Position numbers and translations under genes: made by a program | Notes under the pieces: generated by a model | The model's database searches: none | What the model was told of the DNA's origin: nothing | Seen by the model: only the letters and a program-made list of their open reading frames with translations | Part shown: positions 12,936 through 25,962 of the stretch, piece by piece | Position numbering within the stretch: position 1 is the first letter of the stretch | Layout: every line of letters begins with the position of its first letter | Assembly (NCBI RefSeq): GCF_006345805.1 | Contig: NC_043007.1 | Location: forward strand, 4,464,001 to 4,528,000 | DNA from: Octopus sinensis | Taxonomy: Eukaryota | Length of the DNA stretch: 64,000 nt | Reading direction: 5' to 3'

Positions 12936-13742
12936 GCACTCACACACGCATGCGTGCAACAATTATGCACCAAGCAGAAGTGTAATATATGTATGCTTGT
13001 GTGCATGCAAACATACAAATGTACATATATGTGATTGTCATTTCCGATATTCATGGAATAGATTTAATAGTCATCTTATCATCATCATCATCATCATACA
13101 CATATGCACATAAAGACCTTCACACATACATCATACATTTATCTCTACATAATGCCAGAATGTATACGTGCATGTGTGTGTATGCATGTACATGCCTGTA
13201 TACATCTTTGCTAGCATATAAATCATATGATATTGGCTTCTATATGAACACAATTTTATCTCAATAGGAAAACAAGTTAGATATAATGCTACTGAAACCA
13301 TATTGCTGTGAGATAACAGAGCTATATCACATGGATATCAGTGAGTGTATTTGTTATGTTACTAAATCTATTATTTCATTTATTTAAAGATGATGTTTAT
13401 ACCAGTTATTCTCTTTTCTTTCTTTCTTTCTTTTATATTTTGTATCCCTATTTCTCATCACAACATGTAACAAGGGGGGGAAATGTTAATTTGAAAAGTC
13501 ATTAATGATTATCATTTATTAATAAATTTAATTCATATGGGCATTGCTGTGTTGTCTTGATAATCATTATATCATGACTATGGAGGATGGTTGCAGAAAT
13601 TTTACAGACTCTTTCAAGATGGGCGAATTATCTACTTTCTTTTTTGTTCTGTGTTGTAACTTTGTACAAGCCACCATTCTCTCTACACAAGTTATTGTTA
13701 CCACTATCTATCACTGATTTTCTCTTGACCTGCCATTATACG

Positions 13743-13799
<57 letters not shown>

Positions 13800-15284
13800 G
13801 TGTGTGTCAGTATGTATATATATATATATGTCAGTGTGAACCCTTTATTCACAATATTACCAAATCTGGAACTTAACTATGGTCTGTCTATAGCACTTAT
13901 TCAGCGTTACCTGACACCTTTGGGTCTCAATGACACCATTATCTCTTATAACTTATACACACACACACAACTCAAAGTTCCCATCACTACATACATAATT
14001 ACACTTAAGCACACAGGCTTCTATGGCTATGCCCTCCGGAACACTACTACATCATTTTAAAGCCAACTCAGTCTCTCCAACTCAGTCCAGACTACCATAA
14101 GAAAACATGTACAGCAAAGTAGCAGCAGCATCCATAGCCCACTTCAGCAAGGTACATTATTTAGCTTGAGTTTGACTGGCTGAGGAAAGCTGTATCTGGC
14201 ATTTGGTTGACTGGTTAACAGCAGGAAGAGCATCCAGTTGTAAAAAACAATTGTTCTAAGAAGAATTTTGTCACTTACGCAAGCATGGATTAATGACTGC
14301 AAAACAGAAGAAAGAAAGAAGAATAAACGTTGTTAGTTGCTGGCTTGGTTTTCTAATTTGTCTTTTGTTTTCGATTACTCACCTCTCAAGGAACATTCTT
14401 TCCTGAATAATCTGAAAGGCAACAGATGAGACAATCTTTACTTTTTCTCTTGCTACCCATTGTTTGTTGGAAAAGGATCGACGGAACATGAGAATTCAAA
14501 GGAATGTTTATATTCTGTTTTTTTTTTTTTGTTTTTCTTTTCTTCCATTTTGATGTTTGCTGACAATTCTGGATAATGTAAAAGTTCCGATAGGAGGAAG
14601 AACAAAAAGAAAAATCCCAATGTGTCCAAGTAATGATTGTTTTTCGAACATCTCTTAATCAGCGTGTTTGTTGAGAAAGCATTGTTTGGTTTTTCGGTAT
14701 CGTTAGCCTTTACCTCTTCAGTACATAACAGAGTCACTCTGGTCAGCACTGATTCCTTCATTCAAAGCTTTCCTCGGCTCATCCTTTGTTTGCTACAATC
14801 TTCTACCAAATTCTATTGATTTTAAATCAAAGATTTTAATCAACCATTTTAGCAATGCTTGTGTTTTCTCATTTGGAAACAAAATTTAATGCTTTTAATT
14901 CCGCCCCCCCCCTACTTATTTCTTTTTATTTTATGTTTTACTTTTATTTACATTAAAAAATATTTTTTTTAGTCTTACCTGTCACTACGGCATTTAATTA
15001 CCAGTGGAGATATAATAATATCAGGTTTCAGCCATTTGCAAATTGGGTAATTATATCCTTGATATCTGGTGGTACACATAAATACGTGTAAAGAGATATT
15101 TGGCATTGAGTGGTGAAACTTAGTTCAGTATTTTCATTAAAATCCAATTCAGACGTTCATTAGAATAAAGTATAATAACATTATTATTTCTTGATTGAGT
15201 ATTAAGCTTACTAATTAATGTAGTCAATGTCATATTAATTGATCCATTGCATATTAGAGTGACTGTAGATTAACTGGCCAGTGG

Positions 15285-15800
15285 ATATATATATGTGTGT
15301 ATGTATGTATGTATGTACGTATGTATGTACGTATGTATGTATATATGTATGCATGTATGTATTTATTTATGTATGTATGTATGTATGTATGTATATATAT
15401 ATATATATATGTACATATATATGTGTATGTATATATATGTATATATATATATATGTACATATATATGTGTATGTATATATATGTATATATATTTGTATGT
15501 ATGTATGTATATATATGTATGTATATATGTGTATGTATGTATATATGTATGTATATGTATGTATATATATATATATATGCATGTATATATATATGTATGT
15601 ATATATATATGTGTATGTGTACATATATATATGTATATATATGTGTACATATATATGTATACGTATATATACATATATATGTGTATGTGTGTATATATAT
15701 ATATGTATACGTATATATACTTATATATATGTATACGTATATATACTTATATATATGTATGTATATATACACACATACATACATACATACATACATACAC
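15285..15800. repeat. (TATG)n/(TA)n microsatellite
   Basis: Direct reading. Similar tracts at 16263-16500, 19030-19232, 27890-28035, 51845-52035 and 54975-55130. Confidence 0.95.
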
Positions 15801-16668
15801 TTGTGTAAGTTCTCAAATAATCCCATTGATAACTTTATCCTTGCATAAATAAATGATGAGAATTAAATCATACCAGGGATCAGCAAGTTCTGTGCCATGA
15901 GTAAGTGAAGTGGAATCACCAAACACCCTGCCTACCATACAACAAATCCTTTGTGGCAATACTACTGCCGCGACTACACATTAGCAATGACTCACTCCCT
16001 GATAAACTTAGACATGATCTGAGCCACAGGTGAGCTGTATCCTCACCCCACCCCCTATCCTATCACTGCTACAGTGACTTCTGCCCCTCTCAACTCGCTT
16101 GTTGAATACTTCCTCTGTCCAACCCCATCGGATACGCATGCCACCCATCTTCCTATCATAAATCTTTGATTGATCCAATGAGTTGCACAGTGAAATCAAA
16201 CCCAGAACCACAAGACTGCCAAATAAACTTTTCAGCCACATGACCATACCTGAATGTACATGCATACATACATACATACATACATACATACATACATACA
16301 TACATACATACATACATACATACACATACATACATACAAACATACATGCATCATACACACATACACACATACATACATACATACATACATACATACATAC
16401 ATACATACATACATACATACATGCATGCATACACACATACACACATACATACATACATACATACATACATACATACATTTGTACATACATACATACGTAT
16501 AAATAAATAAATAATTGAAAAAATTGGAGTCAGCAAGAAGGGGTATGGTTGGACATTTACTTTTTAATCACTACAATTGTTTTCATGCAATGTAGGTTTC
16601 CAGGTGTGCAGGTACTTTATTATGCAACAGTTTCCCTGCATTCTTAGCAGAATATACCATAACTATAT

Positions 16669-16700
<32 letters not shown>

Positions 16701-17869
16701 TTAGTGTTTATAGTCCATGCTGGCATGGGTCAGATAGTTGGACTGGGTTGGCACACTGGAAGGCTGCACCATGATGCCAAAGGTCTTGGTCATTGCCTCT
16801 GTGAGGCCTGTTTGAAAGGAACTCAGCCATCTCACCTCTGTGAAGCCCAACACTCGAAAGGAACTCAACCACTTTGCCTCCATGTGGCCCAGGGACTCAG
16901 CCATTTTGCCTCCATGTGGTCTAGGAGCTCAGCCACTTTGCTTCCATGAGGCCTAATGCTCAAAAGGAACTCACCCACCTTGCCTTGGTGAAGCCTGTTT
17001 GAAAGGAACTCCACCACCTTGCCTCTGTTACACCACAATAGTTTCAGCTCAAAAGCTGTAGCCATGCTGAGCACTGCCATCTGCTGGAGAATTGCTGTTA
17101 TATATGTACACACACACACACACAATTCAAACAGTGTGCTGGAAGGTGCAATGCATTACCAAATGGTTTAGGCACAGGGAATAAGTTCCACATTCCAGTT
17201 TTGTGCCTTCATTTCTGTCAAAAATGCTGATAAAGTGAATCAGTTGCATCTCTTGAGTAACAGGGCCTTTAGGATCATGTAGGTTATCATGAGTCAAGAG
17301 TCAAGATCATGAATCAAGACTTATTTTGTATAGTTCAAATAAATATAATTCTGGAAATTCAGTGGATTTCTAATCCTTGTAAAAATCTTTCTTAAAATAA
17401 TGTAAAAGTTTGACAGGTGGTTTTTTAGATAATTTAATTTTTGTATAATTCTTAAAAGATATGTTTGACACGTTCTACAAAGCATTTGGGTGGAGAATCT
17501 GCTTCAAGAGACAACCAGAGTTGAAATAATTAAGCAAAGAAATTCTGGAGTTTAGTGATTTGAGAGCAGCAGGTGAAAATAATCACAGGACATAAGAAAG
17601 ACGGGGTATAAAGAGCAAAGAACTGAAAACTAAGAAAAATCATGTTTCTTAAATACTTTTTTGGACAAATGAGAAATAATTCTACAAAGACATAACGTGA
17701 AGAAGGAGAAAGTGAAAACTGAATATACAAATTTTGGTTTTCATTCTAAATCATTGCCTAAGAATTCACAACCTGTAGATTCTTTAATGGAAAATGAGCA
17801 CAAACAAGAATCAGTTGTGTACATTTGGACCCGACATTATTTCCTGCCAACTGATTCCAATTAACATAA

Positions 17870-18072
17870 CATCCAATCTTTTACCATATTTTTTATTGAA
17901 ATACACTGTTTTTGTTTCAATTAATTTTGAAAATAATGAAGAATTCGGTAAAATTTAGTAGAATGTATTAAGCTCAATTTTGAATATAAATTGACATGAA
18001 ATTTTGATGCGAGGTTTAATTTAGATCATAGAACTAAGACAGTCTCAGGTGGTTTCATATGAAAAGGGTTAA
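17870..18072. mobile_element. Partial TTAA-type (piggyBac/Kolobok-like) MITE end
   Basis: AT-rich body ending AAAGGG|TTAA; left end not identified. Confidence 0.35.
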
Positions 18073-18332
18073 ATCTAAACAAAATATAAAAATCATTGCT
18101 TGAAGGCAGCTGAGTTTGTTTTATGAATGTATCATTGGTAAACAGGAAGAGTTGAGATGAACAAGAATAAAATGTGACTGTAGGCAAAGGAATTGCAAGG
18201 AAATTCTATCAAGAAAAATATGCAAAATTGAATTAGTTTTGTGTCCTGTAACAACAGTAATGAATTTAAATGTTGGTTTTTGGATAAAGAAGGATAGGTA
18301 TAATTACATCATTAGTATTGACACAGTATTGG

Positions 18333-18647
18333 CAGTGGCAGACTGGCCAGGTTGCCGGCTTGCCCAATGACAAGTGGGCCCCTGTGCCATTAGAATCCAT
18401 ATATGGGGGCCCATGTTAGTATCTAAGGAGCCTATCTCCACAAGTTTGAGAATTTTTTAATTCACTCCTGGAAGAATGCATTATTTGAGCCTGGCTGTGT
18501 TTGTAGGCAGTTGAAAAGAACACTTTTAACAAAACAAAAAAAAAAGATTAAATGATAGCATTGTAGTTACGCGTGTGCCCCCTTGTAGTTGCCTGTGGGA
18601 CCCTTAGTCTCCTGGCAACCAATATTTTTAGACCCAGTCCACCTCTG
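18333..18647. mobile_element. hAT-type MITE
   Basis: TIRs CAGTGGCAGACTGG / CCAGTCCACCTCTG and a perfect 8-bp TSD AGTATTGG (18325-18332, 18648-18655). Confidence 0.9.
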
Positions 18648-18795
18648 AGTATTGGTGTATTGATATTATAGCAGTCATTTCAAATACTGAACTAAAAATT
18701 TTTTTAAACTTTATATCTTATTAACTAACAATTTTTAGTCATGATGAGTGATATATATATATATATATAGATGTGTGTGTGTGTGTGTGTACGTA

Positions 18796-19028
18796 CAGGT
18801 TGGCCCAAAAGTAGGTCTACAGTTATCACGTAGGCACTTTAAATTTCTTTTAAAACATTTTGTTACATTTAAATTTCTATCTTTCAAACTGAAAAGGGAG
18901 CTTGATAAAATTAACTGAATTAGCATAGAATAAGGATTTCATATTTTTTTATAATTAAGATCTAAACTATTAATATATGAATGCGAAAGAGAGTTGAATA
19001 AATGTATACCTACTTTTGGGCCACGCTG
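18796..19028. mobile_element. Tc1/mariner-type MITE
   Basis: TIRs caggttggcccaaaagtaggtctaca / tgtatacctacttttgggccacgctg; TA on the left, TA microsatellite on the right. Confidence 0.85.
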
Positions 19029-19029
19029 A

Positions 19030-19091
<62 letters not shown>

Positions 19092-20132
19092 ATATGTATG
19101 TATGTATGCATGTATATATATTTGTATATGTATGTGTATATATATATGTATGTATATATATATGTATATATGTGTGTATATATGTATATATATATATATG
19201 TATATTTGTATATATATATATGTGTGTGTATATGGAAGATAGGTGAAGTGGACTTGGTCAGATTTCAAAGCAGAACATAAAGGGACATAGTCAAATACAG
19301 CTGAGTATTTCGTCCTGTGGTCCTCTGATTCTGCTGGTCACCCACCAACCTATATATATATATATATATACATATACTCATATATGTATATATATACATA
19401 TATAATAGTTTAAAGGAAACGGAGAATACACGTAGAATATTCACTTTTTAATCATTCTGCAGTCATATTAAGTTCTTCTCTTTTGCCGACATGACATTCA
19501 AACTAACCAACCACAAACAGTACATAAGCACATGAACGATAACCAGAATTATCAATTGGTAATAGCACAAAACTGGTGCCCACTCAGATAACATATCCCC
19601 ATAAACAAAAACATTTCCAAAAAAAGTTTTTGCAAACAGGCCTATATATGTGTGTGTGTGTGTTTTATCTTTTACATGTTTCAGTCATTGGACTGCAACC
19701 ATGTTGGGGCAGCACTTTGAAGAGTTTTAGTCAAACAAATGAACCCCAGTAATTATTTTTTCTTAAAGCCTGAATCACTTAGTCACAGGGATGTAAATAA
19801 ACCAACAATGGTTGTCAAAGTGGTGGTAGGGGACAAACATATAGATACACATGCTCTCTCACACACCCACACACATGCACACACACACACATATTGTACA
19901 TGTATTTATAACTGAATTAGTAAAACCGTTCTGTAGTTTTGTACGAAGCAATTTATGGCACTATACTTGATATTTCAACATATCGACCACTCAGTAAGTA
20001 CCATTGTGAAATTGCAGAACTTCAACCATTGATTTTACTCTGGCATTTAAGGTTGTCACATTGCCATCTTAGCCTTCTTCATTAGGCAAAAAGTCACAAG
20101 AATAAACATCTCTAAATAGGTTTTCCCTTGTA

Positions 20133-20458
20133 CATGATTTACATTATTTACATATGCCCATGGGCATATGGCATAGTGGCTAAGAGTGCAGGCTACTAAC
20201 CCCAAGATTCCGAGTTTGATTCCAGGCAGTGACCTGAGTAATGATGATGATAATATTAACAACAACAACAATAATAATAATAACAATAACATCAAAAAAT
20301 ACCTTAGGAATCAGAACCAAGGATCGAAATTTCCCCAAGACACCTGATGAAGGCTGGGGGGTATATCAACCAAAACATTGGATGTGTTAATGATGAGGAC
20401 AAATATCCGTCAAATGTAAATAGTGTACATAATTCCTCATCTTTTAAATATATAATTG
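20133..20458 (+). mobile_element. tRNA-headed SINE carrying a hammerhead ribozyme motif
   Basis: 16-bp TSD taggttttcccttgta (20117-20132, 20459-20474). A-box tggcatagtgg and B-box gagtttgattcc lie at 20162-20235, followed by an internal (TAA/CAA)n tract and a hammerhead-like motif at 20340-20387. Confidence 0.85.
20340..20387 (+). ncRNA. Degenerate type I hammerhead ribozyme
   Basis: acac-CTGATGA-A-GGCTG-ggggtatat-CAACC-AAAACATT...gtgt. The sister copy at 1-30 has CAGCC-AAAACGT, so the inferred consensus is GGCTG/CAGCC stem II with GAAACGTT. Confidence 0.6.
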
Positions 20459-20476
20459 TAGGTTTTCCCTTGTAAG

Positions 20477-20627
20477 TACTTGCGTAGCAAGCAGGTGGGG
20501 GCAGGGGGCAGCACTTTTAAAGGGGCACACTTTTGGATCTGCTGTAGGCAATATGTGTTTTTTTGGGGTTCAGGGGCGGTAAACTGAAGGGCTGCCCTGG
20601 GCGGCACACACTCTAGCTATGCTAGTG
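20477..20627. mobile_element. Short hAT-type MITE
   Basis: Imperfect TIRs tacttgcgtagcaag / ctagctatgctagtg with GC-rich subterminal motifs; TSD degenerate. Confidence 0.6.
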
Positions 20628-21628
20628 TTTGTGAATGATATAATACACAACGCATGCATGTTGATCAATGTAAGAATGTTTCACCCACACTAATATTTCC
20701 GCTTGTATTACTTCTCTGTAAATATTAAATTCTCCGTTGTTGCTGATAAGGAAAGATTTCTTGGGTAGGAAAATAACAATATTATTGTGGCTGACAGAAT
20801 TGTTAAAGCTTTGGGATAAGAAATAAAAAAAAATACAGTTCTGCAATTATTCCAACTGTTTTACATTCTGAATTCAACTTCGACCAAAATCAACTTTCCA
20901 TCTCTCCATGATTCATAAAATTAAGTACCAGCGAAATACTAGGGGCAATAGTATCAGCTACTCTCCCTGCCTTTTAAAATTGCTGTCTGTGTGTCATCAT
21001 CATCAGTAGAAGTAGTAGTAGTAGCAGCAGCATAAAAGCTACGAGCTGACAGAATCAGGAGAGTGCCAGAAAGATACCTTGTAGTATTTTTCTCAGCTCT
21101 TTACATTCCGAGTTCAATTCTCATTGAAGTCAGCTTTGCCTTTCATCCCTCCATAGTCCGCAATGTACCCAGTCACATACTGGAGCTGATAGTATTGACT
21201 AACCCCATGCTTCAAAACTGCTGGTTTTGTGCCCAAGTCAAAAACCATTGTTCTTTTCAATTTATTGCCCAGTGTGCTTATAAAATACTAGTTTCTGTGT
21301 TTTTCTTCCTTCATGCTGACTGTGAAGCCTTCACAAAAGGCTGAAAACAGAAAATGCCTTTCTAAGAATATGAGCTGATCTAGAAAAAGAAGAGTTGTAG
21401 AGCCCTCAAATGTCAATCTTGATGTCCAGCTATTCCTGGTGATGTGAGAGTTTTGTTGTTTAAATCGAACTTAATGCTCTGATAAAAAGCAGTAAATGTT
21501 CACTTTTGCTGCTGGGTATCGTCACTTTCTTGATATCCTTATTTTCCATTCAGCATCTCATGATCTTTCCTACTTCTCTCCCAGTATTCTGTTTGTCTGA
21601 AGGAATTACAGCATCTACTACCAGAGAT

Positions 21629-21681
<53 letters not shown>

Positions 21682-21719
21682 CATGATGTTTAATTGATCT
21701 ATCTGGATGTCAAAATTCC

Positions 21720-21965
21720 ATTCTTTTACTCTTTTATTTGTTTCAGTCATTTGACTATGGCCATGCTGGAGCAGCGTCTTTTGTCGAGCAAATCAACACC
21801 AGGATATATTCTTTGTAAGCCTAGTACATATTCTGTCAGTCTCTTTTGCCAAACCGCCAAGTTATGGGGATGTAAACACACCAGCATAGGTTGTCAAGTG
21901 ATGTTGGGGGGACAAACACAAACATCCACAGAAACACACACCCACACACACACACATATATATAT
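21720..21965 (-). mobile_element. SINE family C, 3' half
   Basis: tgtttcagtcatttgact-tggccatgctggagca...ggacaaacac is shared with 19660-19850, 30530-30930, 40560-40975, 52390-52780 and 61910-62050. Confidence 0.85.
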
Positions 21966-22436
21966 GTGACCAAGTGTAAATCGAGGCAAAACTTGTCATG
22001 TGATGGCTTGTATTCTTTCTGAGCTGACATTTTGCAGCCTGCTGCAGTATGATCAATATTTCCCTCCTGCTAATTGCATGAGTAGCACTTGTTGCACTGA
22101 AGCAGTGGAATACACACCTTTACTCACTCGACTACTGTTCTTTTGGCATACACCTATTCTTTTTATTTTTTTCTCCCTCGTTTCAGCTATTGGGTGCAGC
22201 TTTGTACTCCATTGATTTGCTTAGCCAAACCGGTGTCCAAGTCCAGTCACTTAACCAACTAAGCCAGGCGTGGGCAGCCTTTTACACAAGTGGACACTGC
22301 ATAGGATATTGTTCATCGTCAGCTGGGCCGCAATACTTCATATACTCAAGGTGGCCTTTTTGTTGATTATGTCATTCAGAATATCCTGCAGGCCACATGT
22401 TGCCCATGAAGGGACTAAACCCTTATGGGTTCAGTC

Positions 22437-22660
22437 TTATTTCTTTACTGACCACAAGAGGCTACACATAGAGGGGACAAACAAGGACAAATGGATTAAG
22501 TCGATTACATTGACCCCAGTGAATAACTGATACTTATTTAATCGACCCCAATAGGATGAAAGGCAAAGTCGACCTCGGTGGAATTTGAACTCAGAACATA
22601 GATGAAATACTGCTAAGCATTTTACCTGGCATTCTAACGTTTCTGCCAGCTCGCCGCCTT
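22437..22660 (-). mobile_element. SINE family A with TSD
   Basis: Near full-length copy flanked by the direct repeat ccttatgggttcagtc (22421-22436, 22657-22672). Confidence 0.9.
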
Positions 22661-23420
22661 ATGGGTTCAGTCGATCAAACTAATTAACATGGGCTGCCAA
22701 GTGGTGAGAGATTAAAGCAAAGACATGCATGAACACACACGCACACACACATGATAGGCTTCTATACAGTTTCCATCTACCTAATTCACTCACAAGTCTT
22801 TGGTTGACCCAGGACTATAGTAAGAGACGCTTATGCGAGGTGTTGCTCTGTGGGACTGACCTCAAAATCATGTGAATGTGAAGCAGACTTCTTAACTGCA
22901 AAGCCATGCCTCCCCCTATATTCTACAGACCCACACTAACTCTTCTGATATAATTTACAATCTGCCTTGATCCTAACTCATTGCTTATCTTTCCCCCCAT
23001 TTTAATAATAAAAATGGTGATAACAATTTAATGTACACCTACACCTGAAATTTATCTTACCACACAGTGTGTTAAAAAAAAAAGACCCTCTTCAGTTACA
23101 ATGACCATGGGATTGCACCTAGAAAGTTCCCTCCAAGGCACAAGACATGTTAGGCAGGAGAATGGCAAGAGGATGCCGAAAATGTTACATCATAGAGTCA
23201 TGTGAGAGAAGAGGCAATGCCATAGCGATTGGCCAACATGTAGTAAAATAATGTAGTTGCTGCATGGTTTGAGTGATCACATGTATCCCTGGTTTCGTGT
23301 GATGGTTTGCATAGATACCAGCAGGGGGTGGGGGAAGAATCACTGGGTTATATGGAAGTTACTCTCTGATACTGGGTGGAATGGTACTCTTTTAAAGTTA
23401 TCAAAATTGTCAAATCTCCA

Positions 23421-23470
23421 CTTGACAACTGACGAAGGAAATGTCACACAATGCGAAATATATGTAAGAA
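23421..23470 (+). ncRNA. Hammerhead-like motif (degenerate)
   Basis: CTGACGA (23429-23435)-A-ggaaatgtcacacaatgc-GAAA (23455-23458)-TATATGTA with a near-palindromic stem III; stems I and II pair poorly. Confidence 0.35.
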
Positions 23471-24799
23471 GAACCCGATACATTGATGTGGAAGCATAAG
23501 TGTGTATGTGTGTGCATGTGCACACACACATATATATATATAGAGATAGATAGATAGATAGATAGATATATCCACACATGCTCATACATACACACAGATA
23601 TAAACACATATATTTATGTCTCATTGAGTATGTTTACACATACATACATATATACATACATACATACATACATACGTAACAATGATACATATTACCTGCA
23701 GCTTCATTCATTGATAGATCTAGAGGAGAGGATCAATAATACATTTGGTGCTGCATTCTCCTTAGATTTAAATGCATTAGATAAAATTGCAAAGTTCAAG
23801 TTCCTTGAACAGTTGTCAGTAGGTATTAGTGAACAACTTCCTTGATAGACAAATGTTATAGGATGCCCTTTAAGCTTTTTAAGCCATATCATCTTCCTCT
23901 TCTTCCATTTATCTGACACTACTCAAACATAATTTTTAAAATTTGTTTTAATATCCACTTTCCTTGACAACAAGGCAGAGATAGCTTTTGTGTTCCATTT
24001 TGCAAATTTAGTTATTCACATAAAAATATTGTTGGTCAGACTCGATCCAGCTGGTCTGTGATCAAAGACATTCCAGCTGAGACCATCCTGTCTTTTATCC
24101 ATATGTTTTGTACCCAACATAACCTACTCTTTTGTGATGGTAAAGATGGTATTTGAAGGAGATTCCGTAGTTATTTTTGGCAGCTTGAGTGATAATATCG
24201 AACTTCTCTTATTGGCTCATTTTTCAGATAAATAGTTTTTAATGGTACAAACCCATACAACTGCTAACCACTCAGCTATTTAATTGGGGAGGAGATAAAG
24301 TGAACTGGGCAAAATTGAGAGATTTCTTGTAAAATTTGAAGTCTTGCTTTTGTGTTTATTTAAAATATAGCTTGATCTCGTCACCATTGTACCTTACTGA
24401 ATTATAAAATTCCTTTCATCACATTAGCAAAAACAAAGCCACAAATTTGTAGGGAAGAATTATTGTTGATTGAATGGGTTCCATTGTACTTCTAGTAGAT
24501 ATTTTATTGACCTGATGCAGGGGAAAGTGATGTAATTGTCACAAGTCCAAGAGAGATGACAGCTCCCATTAACGTTAGCATCATCTTAAAGTCAATGCAA
24601 GCCCCAACCTTACGTAAGTTATTTTTGTTTTGTTACGCAGAGTGCTTCTTTATCAGGTGTTTGTTGAGATATGCTACTCCAGCAAATCTGGAGGTCATTG
24701 ACACGGCAGGTAATTGCCGTGTCAGTATTTCTAGTTCTCTTCCAATTTGAGCATTTGCTTGTTCATTTATTTTTTGCTGCTGTTTAGCTTATGCTGTCT

Positions 24800-25400
24800 G
24801 GTTGATAGAATATGGCACTCAAAGAACATCTGAGCGGTGCTTTTATGTCTCTTTTACTTACTTTCTTTCCTTCATGATAGAGTTTGTCAATATCACTCCC
24901 AGCTGGTATAAAGAACTTGTGGGTTTTAAATACCACCTATGAAACAGGTATCCCTTTCAAACCAGTCAAATATCCCAAATGTCGGTTACTGTAATGATAT
25001 GAAATGCATTCTGTGAGGGGAAGGTTCTGACTGCTATATTTTTGTGGTGTTTCAGTTCCCCTGTTTTTCTTCATACCTCCTTCATATGATATTTTTGCCA
25101 TTCTCTAAATATTTGTAGTATTTATCCGGAACAGGTGAGGTGGGGATACCATTGATATAAAGGTGTGGAAGAAAAGTTTTAGTGTATTCATCTATCAAAT
25201 ATGAATATTTCCTTCAGCCAAATTTCATTCCAATATTAGCTGAAAAAAACAAAAATGTTACCAAATCTAGTTGTTCCTCAGCATTGGGAATGGTTCTAAT
25301 GTAGATATCTAGATTATTCACAAAAAAAAAAGTGCCAAGGATTTAATACCAAAACATACAAGAGCAACAAATTGCTACTTTGGAATATTCCTATTGAAAT
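24800..25400 (-). pseudogene. R4/Dong-like LINE reverse transcriptase relic
   Basis: Minus strand GIFQSSNLLLLYVLVLNP, HFFFVNNLDIY, AEEQLDLVT, SANIGMKFG, YKYLE, PTFGIFDW, SDIDKLY correspond to GIFQGDSLS, HLFFVDDLKLY, FSKDIGM-FG, YKYLG and SD-DRLY. Confidence 0.75.
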
Positions 25401-25916
25401 ATTCATTGATAACATCAAAAACAATCATTCCTCTTCAGTTCCCAGAGTGAGGATTGTCGACTGGGGTATTAGTGACCTTTTCAATAGCAGCAACCTGAAC
25501 GGTGGGTACATATGTTAAATTCAGTGACACTAGTAATCACAGTTGGGGACCAGAATCATATACCTTTCTCTAATTAAGTCATATAGTTGCTATACTTCTG
25601 TTATGTTTTCTTACATCAAACAGCACATCTTTATTTGGTAAAAGTTGTTTGGCCCATCCCTTCTCTCTCTCTCTTCTTTCCACCTACCTGCCCTCAGGTT
25701 CGACTTCTTGGAGCAATTACTTAAAACAGCTTGAGTGAAGTTTATGCATAATTGTTAAGCAAAAGTCAGTGTTTTCATTCTTAGCTACAAAATTTGCCCA
25801 TGCTATAGCAAACCAATTTACTACATCAGTCTTGCCTTCCATAGTTCTTTAAAATATACATTCCAGTGATTTTCTGTTGAATGCCAATATATATATATAT
25901 ACATATATATATAAAT

Positions 25917-25962
<46 letters not shown>

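Noticed and set aside
13890-13940. LIQRYLTPLGLN resembling the PLE GIY-YIG C-terminal P-GLN
   Set aside because: Too short to distinguish from chance.
14453-14761. 102-aa minus-strand ORF
   Set aside because: No recognisable domain; includes low-complexity poly-K and poly-F from homopolymer runs.
20162-20235. tRNA gene
   Set aside because: It is a SINE head without a good acceptor stem; the same applies to the heads of families A, C, D and F.
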